Positions 53,359 through 64,000 of a stretch of 64,000 nt of DNA are shown here, piece after piece. The notes beneath the pieces were generated by a model. It saw only the letters and a list, made by a program, of their open reading frames with translations, made no database searches and was not told the origin of the DNA. A program made the translations under genes and the position numbers. Source of the stretch: Gordius albopunctatus (Eukaryota); NCBI GenBank assembly GCA_964276515.1, contig OZ193910.1, positions 2,604,001 to 2,668,000 of the forward strand, written 5' to 3'. Numbering within the stretch: the stretch's first letter is position 1; each line of letters opens with the position of its first letter.

Positions 53359-54865
53359 CCATTAAACTATAACATAGTTAATTAAACTATAAATAATATA
53401 TTTTGATATGCATCAACTTTATATATATGCCGAAATTTTATTACGTAGACTTTCTGGAACAAGATAATAACGCGTTGTACGGGTACCGAAACTAAACAAT
53501 AGATAAACTCTAAGTTATGCCATCTAGGCGCACTTTTAATTAGAGACTATATTAATTTAAATAATTTTGATACTGAAGAATAAAAATAAGTTAATGGTTT
53601 GGGACCATAATGAATCATCGAATTTGCAACCTGCAATCATCGTCTAAGTTTGCCTTATATAACAAACAAAGACTTACTAAAATATCGATATTTTATCATT
53701 TTTGCCTTTAATATTTTTATTCAATCTTTGCATTTTTATGAATAAATTTATTTATAGCGATATTTAGGAATTAAAAACCTTGAAAAATAATCTATCGAAT
53801 CTTAAAATTTTTTCCGATTCGAATTTGAATTATTATTTTAATATTGGACGACTCTCAAATCGAGCATTTTTTCAAATAAAAATATCGAATGCGAATAGAA
53901 TACTAAATATATTCTATTTAATTCGAAATCCAGAGGCGTAGTGGAAAGACCACAGTGGTCAATTTGTAGCGCTTAGCTCTCTTGTTTTAAGATTTTTTCG
54001 ACACCTACTTCATCTGCCTCGAGTGAGAGGTGTTTTTAGTCAGCGGGCCGGATTTATGAAGAGCGGAGAACAAATTTAAACGCGGAAATTTTTGATGCCT
54101 GTGTTTTTTTGCATTAAAATAGTTCCATTATCGATTTGTAATTATATTATGCGCGTTTAATTTTTTAATTAAAAATTTTACCAAACTTTAGTTTGATTAA
54201 ATTTCTGCAATTATAAAAATTTTGAGCCGGGCCCGGGTCTTGTTTTTAAAGATGCTAAAATTCCGGCCCCAGCCGTGCCTTAAAAAAGTCGATTTTGCAG
54301 GTCTCTCTAGACATACATAATGAGCGAAAATTTCGATAGCAAGACAAGACGAGACTTTAAAAAATTGAGCCGAGATTCAAAACTCCTCTTGATTGTTTTA
54401 AATTACTTATAACAGATGAAATAGTTATACAAAATGTATATGTAACTAATTTTATAGCCTCATAAGATTTCTTATATAAATCTTTTCATTAAATATTTTC
54501 CATATTCTTAATTTTTATCTTTTATTATGTATCTGTGTATATAAACAATTTATAAAATAACATTTAAATTTATACCAATATGAGTTAATATCAATAGTAA
54601 CTTATTTTGTCTTGAAAAATAAAAGGCCAAAAATTTCCTAAGTTAAAACATCTCCATTTTTTTTTGTTTTTGGATGTTTTTTTTACCACATTTTCCGCAT
54701 TTACAGTTTCAACCTTCTTTTATAAGATCTTATAGATTAAACCATAAAATATAATCTATTTTTTGGGGTATGAGCCAATATCAATAGGGGGAAAATTTTG
54801 GTGGTTGTTCTAATTATAGATGTAGAACTTTAATCACTTAATTAAATAGCCAAATTAATTATTAA

Positions 54866-57323
54866 TCTATATATATATAAATCTAAATACCGTTTTTTTG
54901 TGCGCTAATAACTTTTGAAGTTCTCAACCGATTGCCACCAAATTTGGCCAGATTATTGCCTTAGCATTGTAGATGGTTTCTACGACAGGGGGAACCATGT
55001 TTTTTAATTTGGTTGGCGCCATCTATCGGATTATTTATACTGCGTTATTTGTACTTATTTATCGTTATGGTGCTACTTTTTGCCTTAAACTTTTTTCCAT
55101 GATTGCTTTGTCATTTGTGTCTCAATTTTTTACTCAACTACGCCTGTTTTCTTTACAATATATAAATCTGTAACCAATAAATATTCTAGATACCGTAATA
55201 CATCACCATATACTTAAATAAATATAACGCGCGCTCTCAGAAACATTCCCGCGTTTCGTAATTTTTTTCCATTTTTACGAAGTTCGAAGTAATATTTGCA
55301 CATTCCCACGTTTGTGATCTGTGACAGAAATCCATATATTTAATACAATTAAAGTAACATTTGCACATTCACACGTTTGTGATCTGTGACAGGATAAGGT
55401 AAGTTCATCATATTTAAAATCCATATATTTAATATAATTAAATTTTAATGGCAATGCAATGCTATCTTAAATGCTAATTTCATATCTATATCTTTTTAAT
55501 ATCCCAAAATGAAATAGCCGTGGCTCTTGCATCTTCCGGAATAGCTGCGACATTGTTGCCTGGTGGTAAAACTGCACATTCTGCTTTAAAATTGCCTTTA
55601 AACATTCATTATAGTGAAACTCCCATGTGCAACGTTTCACGAGCATCTGGAATGGGTAAAGTATTAGAAAGGTGCAAACTTATCGTGTGGGATGAATGCA
55701 CAATGGTCCATAAAAAATCTTTCGAAGCTCTAGATCGTTCTTTGCAAGATTTGCAGCGCGATTCCAGACCTTTTGGTGGCGCATTTTTATTGCTTGCAGG
55801 AGATTTTAGGCAAACTTTACCAGTGCTTCCTCGATTAACCCCTGCTGACGAGATCAATGCTTGCCTTAAATATTCTATTTTGTGGCCTTACGTCAAAACC
55901 TTAAATTTAACTACTAATATGCCTGTAGTGTTACAAATTAAACAAGCATGTGAGTTATTCTCCCATCAATTGCTAGAAATTGGGAACGGAACCGTGTCCG
56001 TTGATATAAACTCAGGACGGATTTCATTTCCTACTAACTTATGCCATTTTGTGCCTTCCAAAACAGCTGTGGTGGAAAAAGTTTTTCCAAATATTAACAC
56101 CCATTATCTAGATCCAATTTGGCTCCGTCAACGGGCAATTCTCGCCCCAAAGAATAAAAACGTCCACGAACTTAACAATCTCATTCTGTCTACAATTCAC
56201 AGCAGTCCTGTCACCTACAAGTCGGTTGACACTGTTGTTAGTGCTGATGACGCTGTTAATTATCCGATCAAATTTTTAAATTCGCTAGATCTTCCAGGCA
56301 TACCACCACACTTTTTGCATTTGAAAATTGGGGTACCGATTATCATGTTGCGCAATATTAATCAGCCAAAACTTTGCAATGGCACACGTCTTGCTATTAA
56401 ACGCTTAATGTGCAACGTTGTTGAGGCCACGATTTCGACTGGACCTTTCACGGGAGAAGATTTCTTCATACCAGGGATCCCTTTAATTCCAACAGATATG
56501 CCCTTTGAATTTAAAAGATTGCAATTTCCTTTCAAACTCGCATTTGCTATAACCATTAACAAAGCTCAAGGCCAGTCCCTTTAAATTTGTGGAATCGATT
56601 TAGAAACAGATTGCTTCTCACATGGACAATTATATGTTGCGTGTTCGCGCCTCGGCAATCCACTAAATCTCTATATATACACAGAAAATAACATGAACAA
56701 AAATATTGTCTATCCCCAAGCATTATAGCAATTTGTTCCTTTCTAAGGCAGAAGTTAAGCTGCGAAGCATCTCTTACCCGAACCTACAACCCTCTTTATA
56801 ACGCCTCACTACTTTTCTGCATGAATAATTAAAGTTAGTGTCATTTCTATTTATCCACTTATAACTTTTAGCAATTGCCATCAAAACCCATTGATTTTAT
56901 ATTTCTTTTAACATTTCTCCCCTTTTTATTACACCAGAGTATTATAACCAAATTTGACGAGACATTCACAATACCTTATTCTTCATAAGACCTATCATTG
57001 ATTTACCCTTTATCCATCAACTTTCCCTTGCTCATTTTTTACATTATACTTTCAGCCAAAATCTTCATGCAGCTCTTTATTACCAATACATGATTATAAG
57101 CTTTTTATATTTTAATGCTTATATACTCTTATGAATTATTAATAAATATTTTATATCGCTCTTAAATGAATATTATGGATATTTATTTGCATTAGCATTC
57201 GGACCTTTCACATTATAAATTATTTCATATATGACCCCATTTTAGATAAGTCTTATTAATAGGTTATACTTATTTAACCACTTAAGGACTGAGCCAAAGC
57301 AACGCTTGGCCGGGCACAGCTAG
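54866..57323 (+). mobile_element. Internally deleted Helitron with a PIF1-like helicase C-terminal region (55520-56728, one premature stop)
   Basis: A|TCTATAT 5' end and hairpin + CTAG|T 3' end. Motifs IVWDEC, GDFRQTLPV, LCNGTRL, RLQFP..LAFAITINKAQGQSL* and FSHGQLYVACSR. Confidence 0.95.
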
Positions 57324-58482
57324 TTGACGTATAAGAATCGGAATAGTATTGTTGCAAATTTTGACATGTTATATTACAAAACAACTAAGTTATAGGTATT
57401 TAAAGTTTGGGGTTACAACCATCCATATTAGCATTTTTGACCCAACCTACGAAGGGTTAAACGCCTTTCAAAATTTTTTACTAGCAAGCCTCTATTTTTA
57501 TATTCGAGATGTTGTTAAAACTCTCCGTTTTTCTCAAGCAACTGGACGGGACCAGCTAGATTACTTTAAAAATTTAAACAATTGCTTTGGTTTTAGTGAA
57601 CTAAACATAACCAGACCTAAGATATTTTGGTCTTTTTTTCTTAATCGATAACTAGGCTTGGTCGAAAGCAGAAACACGGAGTGGAGCGCCTATTTAGTAT
57701 CGCAAAACAAGTCTTAGGGGAGAAGCGTGGGTGTTTGTTAGATTCTAATTTAGAAAATTTATTACTTTTAAAAGCTAATAAAAGATTATAAATATTTTGA
57801 TATATCATATATAATATAAATAAAACGTTTTGATAAAAAAATATCATTTTGTTTCGTGTACCTTCTAAAAAAATGAAAATCAAAGAAGTGGTTATGAAGC
57901 GGCACTCCATGCGCTCCTTTTAATATTTAGTAGCGTGAGCGGGAGTTCGCTCCATTTGAGAAGGTAGGAGCGGGAGCGGGAGTTGCTACTTTTAAAAAGG
58001 AGCGTTAACAAGACTGATCTTATGTTTTCTCCTAATTTATAAAAAAAAATTATCATATAGATAAAAAAAATAAATTGGCGAACTATTTTTCTATTGAAAA
58101 ACCTTTATAAACATGTCATTTACGTATTTGAATTTACTGGGACACTTATTTAGAATGGGGAAAAATATCTAATGCCTTTAGATAAATAATTTAACACAAG
58201 AATTTTCCGTTTTATATAACAACTTGTACCTAAACTATTGGATGTTCATTATTTTGTTAACGTGTGGATGCCTATAATTTTATTGTTCCTAACATAAGTA
58301 ATTAGCTAGACACATTACAGAGTTGTAAAATCGATAATTAAAGTAAGATTTTATTGTAATAAGAACAAAAAATTTTTGGAGTTTTCAATAAGTTGCGCCC
58401 ATATAATTTCATAACAAATATTATTACCTTTAAAAAAATTAAACGATTCATTCATAGCGTCAGACCCCTATGTCCCAAAATA

Positions 58483-58775
58483 TCTTCTTCTTCTTCTTTC
58501 TATGGCTGCTTGTCATCTAGGCTGGTGGTCAGTCCTTTCAGCATTCGTTTCCATTTGTTTTTATGTTTACATAGATCTTTCTTTAACTTGTGGACTTTCA
58601 TATCATGCCGTATTTTATGAATACAGGCAAACTTGGGTATTCCTCTCCTTCGTTTTCCTGCGAAATTCATCATCTCAATTTTTTTTTCCTACGTAGCTAT
58701 CGTCCCTTCTTTCGACATGGCCATACCATCTTAGTCTATTTGTTAGGAGCTTTGTCGCAATTGATGTAGTACCCA
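58483..58775 (-). mobile_element. RTE 3' end fragment with (GAA)n tail
   Basis: RLRWYGHVERR motif followed by a gaagaagaagaag tail. Confidence 0.75.
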
Positions 58776-59175
58776 ATTTAAATAATATTCCCATTTATTT
58801 TTATTAACAAACCTTATCCTCGTGTATATTAGTCTAGTAAAAAATCGCCCTCAATGACCTTTATATTGTGAAAGGTAATGTAAATGGCAACAAATGCATA
58901 ACGTGATATTTGGCTTGAGAAGTGGAGAGGTTAACTATAAGGTTAAGCACAACAAACTCTTGGTAGAAACTCTTGGTAGAAGCTTTTGGTATGAAGGCAA
59001 TTGTACTGTAGGCACAGAAGTCGCTTAGGTACTCAAAAAAACTTTAGCAATTGAAAACCAAATTTATAATGTTATTTTGATTATAAATTATCTTAATATC
59101 AGACAGGATGATGTAATTCTTGCCAAATTAAAAATGCATTCGTATTGTTCACCATTTCATTCATTTTAAGCCTTA

Positions 59176-60685
59176 TCTATATATATAAAATTCACGTGTC
59201 ACGGTGTGGGTGGTTAAACTCTTCCGAAACGGCTGGACCGATTTAGATGGAAATTTCTACGAATGCTTGGTATGTCTGAGCCTAGGTTTTTAACTATATT
59301 CCAAATTTCTAAGTCACAATACTGTTATGTTATTTAGTTTTAGATGTTTTGACGTTTTCTAAAATGTCACTCAAACGCCACCTCATGACGTATACTGCGT
59401 ATCTATCGTGTTGTGAATGTATTCTTCCGCAAATCCACCTTCTTCTAATACTCCAAACAATTCATAGGATCTCAACAACCTTTTGAATAATATCAGGTAT
59501 CAATAAATTGTTAATCTTAATCTTATTGTTGTAGGGTCATTACGTCCACCTTCTTCCAATACTCCAAACAATCCATAGGATCTCAACAACCTTTTGATTA
59601 ATATCTGGTATCCATAAATTGTTAATCTTATTGTTATTGTAGGGTCATTAGTTATAATTTTTATATTTTATTTAGATATGTTTAAAACACAAATAGACCA
59701 TATTTAAGAATATATTTTTATTTAAGTCATCTATAGCAATATCAAATGAGAACTGATTTATAGTATTTGTGGAATTATTTTGGTCAAAAAATATATTTAT
59801 TCTGGGATGATTGTGAAAATAACGATTAAACTTGCAATTATTTTCCACTAATCAAACATTAATTCTCCTCAGTTCATTGTTTGCATGATTTAAAAGAGAT
59901 TTTTTTCAACATACCCTATTTATAGGTAACAATGCCAGCTAAACGCAAAAGGAACAATTTAGGTCGTCAAACAAAAAAGAATGCATTAATGAAAAAAAAA
60001 TAAGATCTCAAAGAACAGACGAACAAATCCTACAAAACAATGCAGATAAGCGTGTGAGCATGGCACAAATACGTTAATCACAATCGCAAGAGGCACAAGA
60101 TGAACGAAATCAACAAAGACGATTAAAAAAATAAGCCCGCCGATTTGTAAGTAACACACATAGAGAAAATGACCTACAACGTCAACAAGTACATCGAGCA
60201 TTTAAATCGGCTTCATTCCTTCGACTAGCATTCCAGTATGAGACTGATGTTGAATATTACGCCCATTCCAAAGTGGTCATTGGTACTATAGACAAGGAAT
60301 GTCCACATTGTCATGCACTTAAATTTAAAAATGAGCCACCAGGGATGTTTTGCGCATCAGGAAAAGTACAACTAACGGCAATTGAAGCACAACCTGAACC
60401 ATTGCACGGCTTACTAATTGGCACGGATCCTGATTCTAGCCTATTCCTAAAGTCAATTCGCACATTTAATTCATGCTTCCAAATGACATTGTTCGGAGCA
60501 ACAGAAATAGTTAAAACTGATGCTGGAAACGCTCAGCTGTTTAATTCAACGTTCAAAATTAAAGGCCAAGTTTTTCACAAAGTTGGCTCACTGCTGCCAA
60601 TGCCAAACGATTCCTATAAATTTTTACAAATTTACTTTATGGGTGGTGAGGACTCTGAACGCGCACTAGCTAATCGCGTAGATTA
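59176..60685 (+). mobile_element. 5' part of a Helitron (Rep N-terminal zinc-finger region), 3'-truncated
   Basis: A|TCTATATAT start. CPHCHALKFKNEPPGMFCASGKVQL, IRTFNSCFQMT, FKIKGQVFHKVGSLLP and FLQIYFM. Internal ~120-bp tandem duplicate at 59425-59650. Confidence 0.88.
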
Positions 60686-63094
60686 TTATTTGACTAACTA
60701 ATATGAAATTATTATAAATTATAACACGATAGCGAATCGGTACGCTTTGTGGGGCATGTTCCATAGCATGTTCTGGTATATATATATATGATGTGTGAAC
60801 AGGAGCCTTTAGCTCTGCTAACGGAACGGGGTCTATGCACGCTAGACCTAACTAGGGTTCGTTGTTATATAAATTAAAATAGTATAATGCTTTAATGTAT
60901 TATAGGTAGCGTTCGGAATTAATTTATTTTTCAACTAAAATAATGCTAATGTAATTCATTGAGTTTTTTTAAACAGTTATTAAATCAATCATGCGGGATA
61001 AATAAAAATGGCCGTTGCATGGCCGGTCTCTATTGTTATCAGCCTATTCAAAGGAGAGCTGGAATTTGCTTAGAGCAAGAATACCGCAGTCAACGATTGG
61101 TGCGCAACATGGATTAATGCTTGATTTAAACAAATGTTTTGAATTCCTATAATGTGTTAACATACATTTACAACCTCTAAGATCAATAAGATTTCATTTT
61201 CTTCTTTGCACTTAATGATCTCTAGCAGCTCTAAAAGAAGATCCACCACAAAATTCATTATCCCTACCAGCCTTTTATCACAATTTAACAAAATAACCAA
61301 ATCATATTTCTTGTACAGTATATGAGATACCAATGACTTATATCAAGTGTAACATTTAATTAAGCTATATAAATTTAGTTTTATTTAAAAAAATGTTCTC
61401 TGGCTTCCTATTGACATCAAATGATACTGCCCAATTAAAATTATTGCTGAAAAAATGATCATTTGGCCCTACCCTACATCTTTATTGCCCCCTCTAATTG
61501 CAATACTGCCTACGCCTATGCAGGTTGATATTAATGCATATTTTTTCGCCAAAATCTAAATTTTCACTTAAGACGCTTTAATAAAAAAATTGATTATTTA
61601 CATGTTTAATTTATGTCCTATCTTAAAATACTTTCCTTACTAGATAGATCGCGAAAAATTAAATTTATAAAGTGTTTGACGGTTGTATAAGTAAAATTAA
61701 ATAGGTTAATTAAGTCCCACGCGTGAAATTTGGTTAACAATAAATAAAAATTATATATGATTCAATGAATTTAAAGCAAATTGGAATGAAATGGACGATT
61801 TTTTTATTGAGATAAAAAGCATTAACCCTCCACTAATTATATTACTTTCCAATGAGATATTTTAAGGTTTCGTCAAGAATATTAATGATATTATATAATA
61901 TATGGTATTTTAGGTGTTGCTCTGTGTATTTTTTCCATGGTTAATTATTCAAAATCGTAAGAATGAATACCTACACAATTTTATAATTGGAATTAAATAT
62001 ATGTCAGGTTGTGAATATATTTTATTTTTAGACATCATACTACTAGTAGAGTTAAAATTACTGAATATGCCTACAATAATAAAATGCAAATAAAAATAAA
62101 ATTATGTAAATACAAGTAATAGAACACTTGTTCATATAACTTTATACATAAGTTACTACTTTTAGGTTTTGAGGCTTTTCGATTTCTGTTTATGTGTTAA
62201 CTTATTCACAAACTTTTTTTTATAAACTTTCATTAATTTATATGACTATTATATTGGCTTGTATTATGTGGAAAATATAGACTGCTCTTAAAATTAGGGC
62301 GACTATTTATTTGAGATTAAGTTATAATAAAGCAATGAAAATCTTTATTATTAACAGCAGTGACACTAAAATCTCCAAGGACCTTCCAGGAATTTCCTCC
62401 GCCCCAGACATTAATAAACTTGTTAACTCCCCTACCCCCTCTTTTGACAATATATGCGAAAGAAATTATATTAAAAAAATATACGCATAAAAACAATTCA
62501 TGTTATTTGCAGTTTTTTAAGATAAAATTGCGGATATAAAATTAATGGGTTGTAATAAAATTTCGTCCACAACTTAAAGCTTGAGCACAAATTATAATTG
62601 AAATTTGGGCATAGCAGGCCAAAAATTTCTCCTTTATATCAGAAGCTAATTAATTTTTAAATTTTTTTGATGCTAGATTACTAAAAAGGTATGGTATTTT
62701 TTACAATAAAATCTTAGCCATAACATAATAAAGCTTCAAGGGCCTATCCAGCATTTCAAATAGAGGGGGTGGCGATAATTATTTAGGAAGGGACAAAATG
62801 AATATTTTAGCCATATTTTAATAAATTTCAACAAATGTTTGTTTAGATGGGGGCAGAGGCTCCCCCTGCTCCCCCCTTGGCTACGCCCATTGACAAGGTT
62901 AAAATAGAAGGTATTAAATGGAAATAAACTCAAGCTTATGTATTAAATTAAAAAGGCAAAGATGGAATTAATCCTAAATAGACGTTAATACAAAAAATTA
63001 GAGTGCGTCTAAAAAATATGGTTTCAAATTTTTTTTAAATATTTTGTCTCCATACGTAAGTTTGTATCATATGTTTTTTTTAAATTCTCATTAC

Positions 63095-64000
63095 ATGCTT
63101 GATTTTTACGATGCCTATTCACTTTATGAACAAGGTGCTCAGGCACTCAAAGAAAAAAAGTTTGAGAAGGCGCGTTGTGTTTTTCAGACTGCTTTGAGCG
63201 TTGATTCGAAAAATGTGCTTTGTCTTGAAAAAATGATGATATTATCATTTGTGACTGGTGAATATTCAAGTACTTTATATGATTTACTTTTAAATGTTTT
63301 AGATTCACTGGTTTTTGCTGAAAAACTTTTGGAATGTGCGCCATATAATGTAAAGGCTGGCTTAATTAAACTTTATTTAGAGACATATAAATCAAACCCT
63401 AAATTTTGCACTTTACTTATTGATAAACCATTTAAGTTCTGCAAAGAAATAATTGATTTAATTCAAGATTACAAGAAAACCTTTTTCCCTTTAAAATTTG
63501 ATGTCAACCTTGTTATCACCTCTCCTGAAAATTTATATTTTTCATGGTATAATCTCTTGAAAATCTATAAGAACACTTTTAATTTTGATATTGTGGTAAG
63601 TTTAACACTTATAATTTATATTTTGATTACTGCTTTGTCAACTACATTATACTTGTGAAATGTAATTATTATCAAATAAATTTCATAAAATATTTCTGTG
63701 TTAAATTATTAAAATATACATTTTTATAATAATTTAGAGTCATTTCAAGTTAATTGATTTCCAGAAATATTATAAAGGTTTAGAACAAAAGATACACATT
63801 TTAGAATCTAAAACATATAATAATGATGGTTTTGATCAAGATTATTGTTTGCAAGATGATGCAGAAAGATCTTTAAAGTTTTCTTTAGAAAGTATTATCT
63901 CAATTTATATATTTATAAATAAATTAATTTAATATCCTATATAGTCTAATATGGCAGGGATTAGGTGCTAAAGTGTTTCACATGTAGAACATTTTGATTT
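63095..64000 (+). CDS. TPR-containing protein, possibly CABIN1-like; continues beyond the window
   Basis: YEQGAQAL...KARCVFQTALSVDSKNVLCLEKMMILSF...Y...L.FAEKLLE...KAGLIK resembles the CABIN1 N-terminal TPRs from memory. A probable 33-nt in-frame intron lies at ~63270-63302. The start codon is uncertain. Confidence 0.5.

Larger units (their letters stand above)
52642..53940. mobile_element. hAT-type non-autonomous element
   Basis: TIR tacacctctgg/ccagaggcgta and 8-bp TSD gtggaaag (52634-52641 and 53941-53948). Confidence 0.85.
52218..54310 (+). mobile_element. Decayed hAT element hosting nested insertions
   Basis: gggcc subterminal repeats at both ends. Dimerization-domain remnant ILEWWK|DHSGQF...SASSERCF is split by the insert at 52642-53940. 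Confidence 0.7.

Noticed and set aside
55520..56728. Cellular PIF1 gene
   Set aside because: It lies within Helitron termini, lacks the N-terminus and Walker A motif, and has a premature stop.
61100..62450. Minus-strand gene
   Set aside because: Only short open stretches; no consistent splicing or recognisable protein could be assembled.

Overview
AT-rich eukaryotic DNA, most likely from an invertebrate animal. Introns fall into two classes: very short (about 33-45 nt) and long, transposon-filled ones. Host genes that can be spliced by hand are RPL39 (+), TRUB2 (+), a Taspase1/TASP1-like Ntn-hydrolase (-), two tandem-duplicated secreted IGFBP-domain genes (+), a 10-exon FLVCR-type MFS transporter (-) and the start of a CABIN1-like TPR gene (+). 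There are also DHX8/PRP22 and histone H2A pseudogene fragments. The rest is mostly mobile DNA: RTE, CRE-like (RLE) and other LINE fragments, Gypsy and DIRS-like pieces, Helitrons, and nested hAT elements and MITEs. The most notable observation is a twister-ribozyme fold at the 5' end of the RTE element (about 2314-2368, minus strand). The same 5' segment also occurs alone as a ~127-bp element with its own 13-bp target-site duplication (53232-53358), starting at the predicted twister cleavage site, which suggests a ribozyme-headed mini-retroelement. A ~1.7-kb FLYWCH-containing palindrome (37124-38828) also stands out. All calls come from reading the sequence; no database search was run.
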